Source: Myxococcota bacterium (lineage in GTDB: Bacteria; Myxococcota; JACRCW01). From it: DNA of 37,258 nucleotides. Location of the stretch: positions 1 through 37,258 of the forward strand of contig JBFMGU010000093.1 of assembly GCA_040752415.1 (NCBI GenBank), read 5' to 3'. This document shows, in pieces, positions 9,813 to 20,652 of the stretch (positions are counted from its first letter, which is position 1; the number at the start of each line of letters is the position of its first letter). A program made the translations under genes and the position numbers. Under the pieces are notes generated by a model. It saw only the letters and a list, made by a program, of their open reading frames with translations. It made no database searches and was not told where the DNA came from.

Positions 9813-11387
9813 TCACACGCCCGGCGAAATCACGGCGAGGCCTCCCCGTCTCGCGCCCTCGGATGACGACGGTGCCAGCGGTGGGGAGAGCGGCTGTGCC
9901 TCGAGCTCGCTCCGGAAGCGGAGGTGCCGGCGGCGGGTCCACTCCACCAGCGGCGACCAGACGGCATGGGTAAGCTCCGCGCGGATGAGCAGGTGCCAGC
10001 AGAGGTTGGAGCGCTTGTAGAGGTAGCTCATGCCAAGATACGGCAGCACCGCTTTGACGTCGTCAGGACGGCGTCTCCAGATGGACGCGTGGGAGAACAG
10101 GCGCTGGTAGAGCCAGGCGTAGCCATGGGCGAGCTCGTCGGGAGACATGTGGCGCGGGCGGAACACCACGTGGGCGGTGTCATACCGCGTGTAATCCCGG
10201 TGCAGCAGCCGGCCCTCCGCCTCCATCTGCCGGAACAGCGGGGTGCCGGGATACGGCGTCAGGATGTGGAATGTGGCGCACTCCAGCCGCGTCTCCTCCA
10301 CCCACTGCGCCGTGGTGGCGAACACGTCGCGCCGGTCGTGGTCAAAGCCAAGCACGAAGCTGCCGTTCACCTGGATTCCGTTGTCGTGGAGCATCCGCAC
10401 CCGGCGCGCGTAGTCCTCCGTGCGCGGTGACTTCTTCCGCGCATCCCGGATGTTCTCGTCGGACAGCGACTCCAGCCCGATGAACACCCCGGTGCACCCG
10501 GAGAGCGCCATGGCGCGCACCAGCGTGGGATCATCGGTGACGTCGAGGGTGACCGCGGCGCTCCAGATGACCCCGGTCATTCGCAACGCCGCGCACAGCC
10601 GGCGCAGGTATTCCTTGTTGGAGCCCAGGTTGTTGTCGGTGAACACCACGTAGGGCTGGCCGTCAGCGACGATCTCGTCCACCACTTGCTGCACGTCACG
10701 CATGCGGTACGGCATGCGCAGGCCGTCGGTGGCGAGGTAACAGAAGCCACACCGGTTATGACACCCGCGGGTCGCATTGAGGCTGGTCGTCGTCAGGAAG
10801 TGCCGACGTGGGAGCAGATCCCGGCGCGGTGCCGGATCGTTGCGATAGGGGGAGTCGAAGTGGGCGTGGTAGCGGGCTTGGAGCGTGCCGCGCTCGACGT
10901 CCCCAAGGATGCGGGGCCACAGGGCCACGCCGTCCCCGAGCGCCAGCGCGTCGGCGTGCGGTGCCGCCTCGTCGGGGCAGGAGAGGACGTGCAGCCCGCC
11001 CAGGACCACTTTGCAGCCACGCGCGCGATACGCACGTGCCAGCGCGTACGCGCGCTCCGCAAACGTGAGGTGAACGCTGATTCCCACCACCTCCGGCAGC
11101 GGATCGCACGGGGGGGACCCGCGGAGGAGGTTCTCATCCCAGTACGACACCTCCCAGTGCGCGGGCGTGGCCGCCGCCACCGACGTCAACGCGAGGGTGG
11201 GAGTGAGCACGTGTTTGCCGAAGCTGGCGTGGGGATCCTTGGGATAGAACGGATTGATGAGCAGTGCGTGACGGGGATGGATGGGTCCCGCCGAAGCAAT
11301 CCGCGCAAGCGAGGGGGGCTCCCGCATCTCCCGGGGGAGCCAGCGGCGGTGGATCTTCGTCTTGAACGGCAGGTCCGCGGGAATCAT
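9813..11387 (-). CDS. B12-binding-domain radical SAM protein, 524 aa
   Basis: CHNRCGFC (CxxxCxxC), VVLGGLHV, FTDNN, FIGLES, SFVLGFDHD, LTPYPGTPLF; GGAGG RBS before ATG 11387. Confidence 0.93.
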   Translation of the reverse strand: MIPADLPFKTKIHRRWLPREMREPPSLARIASAGPIHPRHALLINPFYPKDPHASFGKHVLTPTLALTSVAAATPAHWEVSYWDENLLRGSPPCDPLPEVVGISVHLTFAERAYALARAYRARGCKVVLGGLHVLSCPDEAAPHADALALGDGVALWPRILGDVERGTLQARYHAHFDSPYRNDPAPRRDLLPRRHFLTTTSLNATRGCHNRCGFCYLATDGLRMPYRMRDVQQVVDEIVADGQPYVVFTDNNLGSNKEYLRRLCAALRMTGVIWSAAVTLDVTDDPTLVRAMALSGCTGVFIGLESLSDENIRDARKKSPRTEDYARRVRMLHDNGIQVNGSFVLGFDHDRRDVFATTAQWVEETRLECATFHILTPYPGTPLFRQMEAEGRLLHRDYTRYDTAHVVFRPRHMSPDELAHGYAWLYQRLFSHASIWRRRPDDVKAVLPYLGMSYLYKRSNLCWHLLIRAELTHAVWSPLVEWTRRRHLRFRSELEAQPLSPPLAPSSSEGARRGGLAVISPGV

Positions 11388-11713
11388 GGGAGCACCCTCC
11401 GCGCCCCGCGCAGCGCCACCCGTACGCGCCGCTGCGCCCGTCGCTGGCGTTGAAGCCAGGCGCGCGTTCGCCCCTTCCCGACGACGGCTTTCATGGTGCG
11501 GAACTTGAGGATGCGGAACATGCGGCGCCCCAGACCCACGCGCTCCTGCCGGAAGACAACCGGGCCGCAATCATCGGCACGGATGGCGCCCGCCCCGACG
11601 AGGAAGCAGCCCGAGAACACCTGATAGCCCAGCAGCGCAAAACCAAGGTCATACGCGCGCTGCCAGGTCCCTTGTGGCAACTTCGTGGCACTTCTGGGGA
11701 ATCTCGAGGTCAT
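11384..11713 (-). pseudogene. Truncated bacterial sugar transferase (Bac_transf, WcaJ/WbaP-like phosphoglycosyl transferase)
   Basis: QRAYDL...GPVVFRQERVG...FRILKFRTM present; catalytic DELPQ and GxMSxVGPRP part absent, replaced by an Arg-rich tail. Confidence 0.75.
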
Positions 11714-11965
11714 TACGGGCGGCTCCGGTGTGTGTTCCGCCCGGTGAACCAGCGCAGCGGGGCCGGGCATTCCGCGTCAGCGCGCGCAGCGGAACCCCAT
11801 GAAGCGATCGTGGAAGTAGGCCGAGGCACCATCGTCGACGGAGAAGCGCGACGTGGCGCGACAGTAAGCGCGCGTTCCCGCGCACCTGAAGCGAGGACGC
11901 CAAGCCAGCGCCATCCGCGCCCTCTACGACGCCACACCGGGCCACGGGAGATGGCCGGGGGCCGG

Positions 11966-12958
11966 TCACGTTGCGCGGTTCACCAACCAACGTGCCACCG
12001 CCGCGCTGATGGCATCCCCGCTCTTGAGCTCACCGTCCAGGTAGATGGGACTCGAATTGCATTCCAGGAACACCATCTTCCCTCGCGCCGTCCGTTTCGC
12101 GTCGAGGCCGGCGAAGATGAGGCCGCATTCCCTGGCCCAGCGCGCGGCCTGTCTCTGCACAGCAGCAGGGAGTGTCACGCGCTCATAGGTGGCCTTCCCG
12201 CCCTGGTAGGCCTCGCTGCCGCGGAAATCGAGCACCGGCCCCTCGGGAAGGCGCACCGCCAGCGACGAGATCACGCGTCCGTCGAGGAGCATCACCCGCA
12301 CGTCGTCGCCGTCCACGCGCTCCTGCAGGATGACCGGCGCGGAGCGAATGCGCCCCAGCTGCTGCCGCACATCACGTTTCCGCAGCATGCCCGCGTCCAA
12401 CGCCACCGTCAGCGCGCCGCCGTGGACGGGTTTGGCAATCGCGCGGCGCACGGCGCGGATGAACGCGTACGCCTCGTCGGGGGCGTTGGTGATGAGGGTG
12501 CGGGGAACGGGGATCCCCAACGCCGCCGCGCGCATGAGCTGGAACGGCTTGTTCTGCGCCAGGGTCCCGCCCGACGGAGGATTGAGCAGCGCCACGCCGC
12601 GCGCGTGCAGCTCCATCAACAGGCCCTGCGCCACCGCCTCACGCTCCTTGGCCATCATGAACGGCGCCACCCAGCCGCTCAGCACCACCTGCCTTCCGCG
12701 CGCATTCCGTCCCAGCGGCGGAAACGGACCCGGAACCTGGCGCACATAGACCGCGCGCAGCGAGTCCAGCCTGTGACGGTCCAACGTCGTCACGGCCTTC
12801 CCGGCGCGCACGCTGGTGGACCACGGAGCCCCGTGGATGAGGCCACCCACGTCGACGATCTCCGCGTTCTCGCCGAGCCGCCGGACTTCGCCTTGCACCG
12901 CAAGGGCCTGCGGATCGTTGTGGGGAGCCAGGATGGCCACGCGCCCCGCGCGCTTCAT
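11966..12958 (-). CDS. RimK-like ATP-grasp ligase, 330 aa
   Basis: NKPFQ, IPVPRTLITN, IAKPVHGG, ILQERVDGDDVRV, FAGLD, FLECNSSP; ATGA overlap with the upstream stop. Confidence 0.88.
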   Translation of the reverse strand: MKRAGRVAILAPHNDPQALAVQGEVRRLGENAEIVDVGGLIHGAPWSTSVRAGKAVTTLDRHRLDSLRAVYVRQVPGPFPPLGRNARGRQVVLSGWVAPFMMAKEREAVAQGLLMELHARGVALLNPPSGGTLAQNKPFQLMRAAALGIPVPRTLITNAPDEAYAFIRAVRRAIAKPVHGGALTVALDAGMLRKRDVRQQLGRIRSAPVILQERVDGDDVRVMLLDGRVISSLAVRLPEGPVLDFRGSEAYQGGKATYERVTLPAAVQRQAARWARECGLIFAGLDAKRTARGKMVFLECNSSPIYLDGELKSGDAISAAVARWLVNRAT

Positions 12959-15411
12959 GACACCTCGCGCTTGCGCCAGCGCCACAGCGCCAGGAACGTC
13001 AGCGCCCAACCCAGGTACGTGGAGCCGGACCGCAGCCGCGTGTACGTGAACGAAGCGTTGGCCTGGCGCGGCAGGAAGAACATCCGCTCCGCCGAGCCGC
13101 GGTAGAGGTCTCCGTCGGAGGAATGCCAGTACGGGAAGTACGTGTAATCAACCCGGTACAACGTGCCGGGCTGCAGGGACGTGACGTCGAAGGACTGGTG
13201 ATCCGCGGCCCACGTCAGCGCGGCAGCCTGTGTCAGGCCACTGCTCTGTCCACCTGCGCCAATCGCGGAGACCAGCTTCGTGTCGGTGACGTACTTCACG
13301 AAGTCGTTGAAGTCGTCCAGCTCCGGGTTGTGCTGGTACTGCACGCTGTAGTGCTTGGTGGTGTAGCGCTGCACGAAGTCCAGGGTGACAAAGCGCGGCA
13401 CCGGCAAGCCCCTGGCCTTGAAGTCCTCCTCCAGGTCACGACGCACCGAGGCCACCTTGCCCTCGTCGCCATTGAGGATGATGAGCTGCGTCTGCGGCGG
13501 CGGCTGCCTCCCGCGCGGGAGGTCCAACAACTCCCATCCGGCCCACAGTTGCTGCTTGGCAAAGAAGAAGAGCTCCATGAACTTGAACGGCACGGTGCCG
13601 CGCAGGTCCATGTACGCCGCCACGTTCTTCTGCACCGGGCGCACGGGAGGGACGGGGTCGGGCAGCAGCTTCAGGATCTTGTACGGTCCAATCACCACCG
13701 GCTCACCCAGCGCGTGCGGCTGCAGCTTCTTGACGGGCTCGTCGCCGCCCAGCACCACGTGGGTGACGCCGAACTCCTTGAGCTGCTGGACCTTGAAGTC
13801 GTCGGTGGTGTCGGCGTGCGCGGGGTAGAGCAGGGGACCCACGTAGGTGTTGGCCTTGAGCTGCTGCATGGCCCCGGTGGGGAACGAGTACGCCAGCGAG
13901 GCCTGCACGAAGAGGCCGTTGATGGGCTCGAATCCCGTCTCACGAAGCATGCGTGAGCTGATCACGTGCGCGCTGAGCCAGGGGTACTTGTCATAGTTGC
14001 TGAAGTACTCCAGCCACACGCGGCCCTTCTGCGGTTGCGCCTTGAACCACTCCAACACCGCGCGCTCATTCTTGAGGTGGTCCCACGTGCTGTTCTTGAT
14101 GGTCTTGTCCCGCTCGTAGTGCGGCAGTCCCGCGGTGACGACGAAACAACCGGCCAACGCAGCGCCCAGCAGCGGCGCGGTGATGCGGTCCCACGGGATG
14201 ATGTCCCCCACCTCGTCGGCGGTGCGCACCAACAGCAGCGGCGCCACGGTGATGAGCGTGGTGAGGAAGAGGAACAGGTACGCGATGAAGCGGTAGTAGT
14301 GGAACCCCATGGGCACGCTGGAGGCAATGAAGCCGCTGGTCAGGATCACCAGGCCCACGACGGTGAAGACCAGGAACGCCAACGTGGTCCTGGCGCGACG
14401 CATCTGACGGCTTCCCGCCATCACCACCAGCAGGAAGATGATGAGCATCTCCGTGGGGTTCAGCGGCTCGAACTTGCCGTGCAGCCAGCTCAGCAGCGAG
14501 CGCGCCAACGCGTGGAACGGGTAGCGGAGGAAGATCTCCAGGAAGTCGCCGGTGGGGCGGTGGATGTCCACGAGCGTGTAGCTGCCCAGGAACGCCGCCA
14601 TGGGAACCAGCCAGAACGCGGCCAGGCAGAAGCCCATGATGTGCGCCTTGAGCAGCGCGCCACGACGGTCCTGGAACCACATCAGGCTCATGAACACCAG
14701 CCAGCCCGAGAACACCGCCGTCATGGTGTGGGTGATGAAGAGCAGCGCGATGAAGGCCGCGGTGGCACGCAGGTACTTGCGCTCGCCCGTCTGGATGAGC
14801 CGCACCAGCGCGCCAAAGTGCAGCAGCATGAAGTGCCAGCCGAAGGCCTGACTGAAGAGGCCCACGTTCATGACGCCGGCGGCGCCAATGCCGTACCACT
14901 GGTGATCGTGGTTCAGGTACCAGAACGAGAACGTGCACGCGGACGCCGTCAGCACCCAGCGGTTCCGACGGAGCACCTCCGGCTTGTCCTCGAACAGCTC
15001 CCGCGCCAGCGGCGTCACCGCGTAGAGCACCGAGAGGGGCAGCGTGGCCGCGGCCAGCACGAGCATGACGTGGGCCGTGAGCCGCAACGGGTCCACGGCG
15101 AAGAACGTCACCGGCAACGAGACCAGCGCGCACGCCCAGTGCGGGAGGAACGCGTAGAACTGGAACGCGGGATATCCCGTGAACGAGGTCAGGTCATAGA
15201 ACGAGAAGATGGCCTTCCAGCCCAGGAGGCGGAACCCGTTCATGGCCGCCACGTGACCGGGAATGTCCACCGCCGCCACGGGCTCCGACGTCAAGTAGAA
15301 GCGGAACCACCAGCAGACGAAGAGGGCGAAGCCCACCAGGATGGCGGCGTTGGCGTCGAGCCAGGAGGGCCTTGGTCGCAGGCTTGGGGCGTGGGTCTGG
15401 AGTTGGACCAT
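12955..15411 (-). CDS. Multi-pass membrane protein, PTPS-related/GT-C glycosyltransferase-like, 818 aa
   Basis: TM1 then DIPGH, GYPAFQFY..LP, THTMT, LAAFWLVP, ~12 TM helices, large soluble domain with FGVTHVV, YFPYW and a last TM; real start is ATG 15411 inside the 1738-aa track ORF. Confidence 0.75.
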   Translation of the reverse strand: MVQLQTHAPSLRPRPSWLDANAAILVGFALFVCWWFRFYLTSEPVAAVDIPGHVAAMNGFRLLGWKAIFSFYDLTSFTGYPAFQFYAFLPHWACALVSLPVTFFAVDPLRLTAHVMLVLAAATLPLSVLYAVTPLARELFEDKPEVLRRNRWVLTASACTFSFWYLNHDHQWYGIGAAGVMNVGLFSQAFGWHFMLLHFGALVRLIQTGERKYLRATAAFIALLFITHTMTAVFSGWLVFMSLMWFQDRRGALLKAHIMGFCLAAFWLVPMAAFLGSYTLVDIHRPTGDFLEIFLRYPFHALARSLLSWLHGKFEPLNPTEMLIIFLLVVMAGSRQMRRARTTLAFLVFTVVGLVILTSGFIASSVPMGFHYYRFIAYLFLFLTTLITVAPLLLVRTADEVGDIIPWDRITAPLLGAALAGCFVVTAGLPHYERDKTIKNSTWDHLKNERAVLEWFKAQPQKGRVWLEYFSNYDKYPWLSAHVISSRMLRETGFEPINGLFVQASLAYSFPTGAMQQLKANTYVGPLLYPAHADTTDDFKVQQLKEFGVTHVVLGGDEPVKKLQPHALGEPVVIGPYKILKLLPDPVPPVRPVQKNVAAYMDLRGTVPFKFMELFFFAKQQLWAGWELLDLPRGRQPPPQTQLIILNGDEGKVASVRRDLEEDFKARGLPVPRFVTLDFVQRYTTKHYSVQYQHNPELDDFNDFVKYVTDTKLVSAIGAGGQSSGLTQAAALTWAADHQSFDVTSLQPGTLYRVDYTYFPYWHSSDGDLYRGSAERMFFLPRQANASFTYTRLRSGSTYLGWALTFLALWRWRKREVS

Positions 15412-15519
15412 GGAGGCGGGCACATCAGACCCAAGTGGACCTTGTGTCAAGGCTCGTGGAATGGTCGCGGCGGCGTCAGAACCACGCGGCGCGCAACGTG
15501 TGCGTCGCAGGAGCATCCC

Positions 15520-17316
<1,797 letters not shown>

Positions 17317-17331
17317 CGACGGAGGGGGACC

Positions 17332-18912
17332 ATGAGCGCTCACGCCACCGCCGCCGACGGACGGCCCATCCGCATCCTCACTCCTGACGTGCGGCCACGC
17401 CCGGCGTTCCCGCGCTGGACCCTGGCGGTGTTCGGCGTGGCGACGTTGATGAGCGCGCTGGATGCGCGGACCGGCAGCGACGTTCTGGAGGCGTTGGCGG
17501 TGGCTTCCGTGGTGGCGGCCATGGGCGCGGGCTGCTTCCTGGCGGCGTGGTTGGAGGAGGCCGTGTTCCTCCGCTACGCGGGTCGGCCCGCGCTGGTGCG
17601 CCTGGTGGCCTCCGCGGCGGTGGCGCTGGCGGCGATCTTCGTGGCACTCATCGGCGGGCTCCTGGTGGGTTGGTTGGCGGGTCTTGTCGACGGGGAGGAC
17701 TGGGTTCCGGGCGCTTCCATCGTCTTTGGGATGTGGTTGGCGGGCGCCGCGTTCGGGACGGCGTTGATCATCCTCATCGACGCGGGCGTGAGCCTGGTGG
17801 TGCGGGATTTCCGGACGCGTGTCGTCGTGGCGGTGCTGCTCCTGCTCCTGGTGGCGTTGGCGGCCTCCGGCGTGGTGGCGGTGGGGGCGCAGGGACTCGT
17901 CGAGGCCATCACCTCGGGTCAGTCGCAGCACGTGTTGGGAATGGACCTCGACATCTCGTTGAACAACGTCGACGAACATGACCGCGACGCCATTGGTTTC
18001 ATCGCCGAGGAGCCGCTCATGCTCATGACGATCCTCATGGTGTTGGCGGGCCTGTTTGCCATTCCGCCGATCATGAGCGCGTGCGGGAAGCTGGCGGAGG
18101 CCGTGATGGACCGCATCCATCCGCTCTCGGCGGCCATGCAACAGGTGGCCACCGGCAACCGCGACGTGCACGTGGAGGAAGCAGGGAGCACGGACTTCAT
18201 CCAGGTCTCACGCAGCTTCAACGGCATGGTGGACGCGCTGGTGCAGGCGGAGAAGATGGAGCGTGCGTTCGGCAAGTACGTCAGCACCAAGGTGCTCCAG
18301 CGCATCAAGTCGCAGCACGGGGAAGCGCTCATCCCGCCGAGCAAGCGCGAGGCCACGGTGTTCTTCGCCGACATCCGCGGTTTCACGTCCATGAGCGAGC
18401 AGCTTTCACCGGAGCGGATGGTGGAGATCCTCAACCGCTACTTCGAGCGGGTGGTGGCGCTCGTCGAGGAGCACGACGGGTACCTCAACAAGTTCATTGG
18501 TGACGCCGTGGTGGTGGTCTTCAACGCGCCGATTGACCAGCCCGACCACGCCGAGCGGGCCGTGCGTTGCGCCATTGGGCTGCAGCGCGTGGTGCGTGAG
18601 CTCAATGAGAGCGGCGCGTTCCCGGAGATTGGCGCGCTGCGTGTGGGCGTGGGCGTGGCCACCGGGCCCATGGTGTGCGGCAACATCGGGAGCACGCGAC
18701 AGATGGAGTACACGGTGATTGGGGATACCGTGAATCTCTCGTCGCGGTTGACCGGGCAGGCGGGCGGGGGAGAGGTGTGGATCAGCGAGCGGACCGCGGA
18801 GCTGCTGCCGTCCGACGTCACGCGGCAGGCGCTGGAGCCCATCAAGGTGAAGGGGAAGGAGAAGCCGGTGGTGCCGTACCGCGTGTGGCCGAGAGAATTG
18901 GTGACGGCGTAG
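17332..18912 (+). CDS. Membrane-bound HAMP class III adenylate cyclase
   Basis: Several TM helices, HAMP (SRSFNGMV), FFADIRGFT, KFIGDAV, YTVIGDTVNLSSRL; Lys and Thr residues indicate ATP specificity. Confidence 0.93.
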   Translation: MSAHATAADGRPIRILTPDVRPRPAFPRWTLAVFGVATLMSALDARTGSDVLEALAVASVVAAMGAGCFLAAWLEEAVFLRYAGRPALVRLVASAAVALAAIFVALIGGLLVGWLAGLVDGEDWVPGASIVFGMWLAGAAFGTALIILIDAGVSLVVRDFRTRVVVAVLLLLLVALAASGVVAVGAQGLVEAITSGQSQHVLGMDLDISLNNVDEHDRDAIGFIAEEPLMLMTILMVLAGLFAIPPIMSACGKLAEAVMDRIHPLSAAMQQVATGNRDVHVEEAGSTDFIQVSRSFNGMVDALVQAEKMERAFGKYVSTKVLQRIKSQHGEALIPPSKREATVFFADIRGFTSMSEQLSPERMVEILNRYFERVVALVEEHDGYLNKFIGDAVVVVFNAPIDQPDHAERAVRCAIGLQRVVRELNESGAFPEIGALRVGVGVATGPMVCGNIGSTRQMEYTVIGDTVNLSSRLTGQAGGGEVWISERTAELLPSDVTRQALEPIKVKGKEKPVVPYRVWPRELVTA

Positions 18913-19116
18913 CGGCGGTGTAACCGCCTTCAACGGGAACCGCAAAAGAGCCGCGCCCGTGCTCATTGGCGGGAAGCCAAGAGCGAGGTTGCAGGAGAGC
19001 CGCCCCCAACCTGATTGACCGGGAGCCAAGGGGGTCTTCCCGCCCCTCATGACACGGTCATTTCCCGCCCACTCTGGTAGAACCGGCAGCACCCTTCATC
19101 CCCTCGAGGCCTCGGC

Positions 19117-20649
19117 GTGGGCGTCGTCAAGCTCGGTGTCCGATCCAGCGGAATCCTCCTCCACCCGACGAGCCTCCCCGGTGGCCTGGGCTGCGGCGAC
19201 ATCGGGCCCAGCGCTCGCGCGTTCGTGGACTGGCTGCAACGGGCCGGGCAGCGGTGGTGGCAGATGCTGCCCGTGGGACCGGTGGGCTACGGCAATTCCC
19301 CCTACAGCGCGCTATCCGCGTTGGCCGGAAACCCGCTGCTCATCAGCATGGAGGACCTGGCGGAGGACGGCTTCCTGACGTCGTCCGAGGTGCAGTCCGC
19401 GGCCCCTCCGGTCACGACCCGCGTAGGCTACCCCGTGGCCAACCGCGTCAAGTCCGAGCTCCTGCACCGCGCCTATGGCGCCCTAAGCCAGCAATCCGCC
19501 TCGACGCGCAAGGACTTCGAGACATTTCGCGTGGCCAACGCGCACTGGCTCCCTGACTACGCGCTGTACCGCGCCGTGAAGGCCTCCCAGCGTGAGGTCC
19601 AATGGACGCTGTGGCCCGCCGAGCTGCGCGACCGCGATCCCGCCGCCCTGGCCCGCGCGCGCACCGCCATGGCCGAGGACATCCTGTTCCGCGAGTTCGA
19701 GCAGTGGATTTTCGCGCGGCAGTGGGAACGGCTCCGTCGTCACTGCACCTCCCGCGGCGTGGGCCTGGTGGGGGACATCCCCATCTTCGTGGCGCATGAC
19801 AGCGCGGATGTCTGGCAGCACCGCGACCTCTTCCGCCTGGGCCCCGACGGAAGTCCCACCGTGGTGGCCGGCGTTCCGCCCGACTACTTCAGCGCCACCG
19901 GTCAACGCTGGGGCAATCCGCTCTACCGCTGGAAGCACCTGCGCGCGCAGGGTTACGCGTGGTGGATTGAACGCTTCCGCATCACGTTGCACCGCTTTGA
20001 CGCCGTGCGGCTGGACCACTTCATCGGCTTCACGCGCTACTGGGAGATTCCCGCCGACGAGCCCACCGCGGTGCGCGGTCGCTGGATGAAGGGCCCCGGT
20101 GCGCCGTTCTTCCGCGCCGTGCGCGACGAGCTGGGCACCCTCCCGCTCATTGCGGAGGACCTGGGCGCCGTCACGCCCGCGGTCAAGGCACTGCGTGACC
20201 GGTTCCATCTCCCCGGCATCAAGATCCTGCAGTTCGCCTTTGGCACCGACCCGTCCGCGCCCGACTTCAAGCCGCACAACTATCCGCGTCGCGCCGTGGT
20301 CTACACCGGCACCCACGACAATGACACCACCGTGGGCTGGTTCCACGACGTGGGCGGGAGCGGCACGCGCAGCCCGGAGCAGACGGAGAAGGAACGCCAG
20401 GCGTGCCTGCGGTACATCGGTTCCGACGGAAGACGCATCCACTGGGACATGATTCGCACCGCCATGGCCAGCGTGGCCGCCACGGCCATCTTTCCCATGC
20501 AGGACGTCCTGGGCCTGGGTACGGAAGCACGGATGAACCTCCCCGGCGTGGCGGAAGGGAACTGGGAATGGCGCATGGATGCCAACAGCACCACGGACGC
20601 CCTGGCTGAAGCGCTGCGCCTCACCACCGCCACCTACGACCGGATCTGA
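19117..20649 (+). CDS. malQ: 4-alpha-glucanotransferase (amylomaltase, GH77)
   Basis: SGILLHPTSLP, WQMLP, GDIPIFV, GVPPDYFSATGQRWGNP, RLDHF, IAEDLG, YTGTHDNDT. Confidence 0.97.
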   Translation: MGVVKLGVRSSGILLHPTSLPGGLGCGDIGPSARAFVDWLQRAGQRWWQMLPVGPVGYGNSPYSALSALAGNPLLISMEDLAEDGFLTSSEVQSAAPPVTTRVGYPVANRVKSELLHRAYGALSQQSASTRKDFETFRVANAHWLPDYALYRAVKASQREVQWTLWPAELRDRDPAALARARTAMAEDILFREFEQWIFARQWERLRRHCTSRGVGLVGDIPIFVAHDSADVWQHRDLFRLGPDGSPTVVAGVPPDYFSATGQRWGNPLYRWKHLRAQGYAWWIERFRITLHRFDAVRLDHFIGFTRYWEIPADEPTAVRGRWMKGPGAPFFRAVRDELGTLPLIAEDLGAVTPAVKALRDRFHLPGIKILQFAFGTDPSAPDFKPHNYPRRAVVYTGTHDNDTTVGWFHDVGGSGTRSPEQTEKERQACLRYIGSDGRRIHWDMIRTAMASVAATAIFPMQDVLGLGTEARMNLPGVAEGNWEWRMDANSTTDALAEALRLTTATYDRI

Positions 20650-20652
20650 GAC

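Noticed and set aside
8633..12323. Possible DGR template/variable repeat pair
   Set aside because: Mismatches are not adenine-specific, there is an indel, and no reverse transcriptase is in the window
9639..12958. Graspetide or radical-SAM RiPP cluster
   Set aside because: No precursor with a recognisable leader or core, and no transporter or peptidase; the region looks like a recombination mosaic
18968..19045. tRNA-Sec (selC) candidate from the GGAAG...CTTCC closing stem
   Set aside because: No UCA anticodon loop (CTTCAAA) or T-loop (GGTTCGA) on either strand
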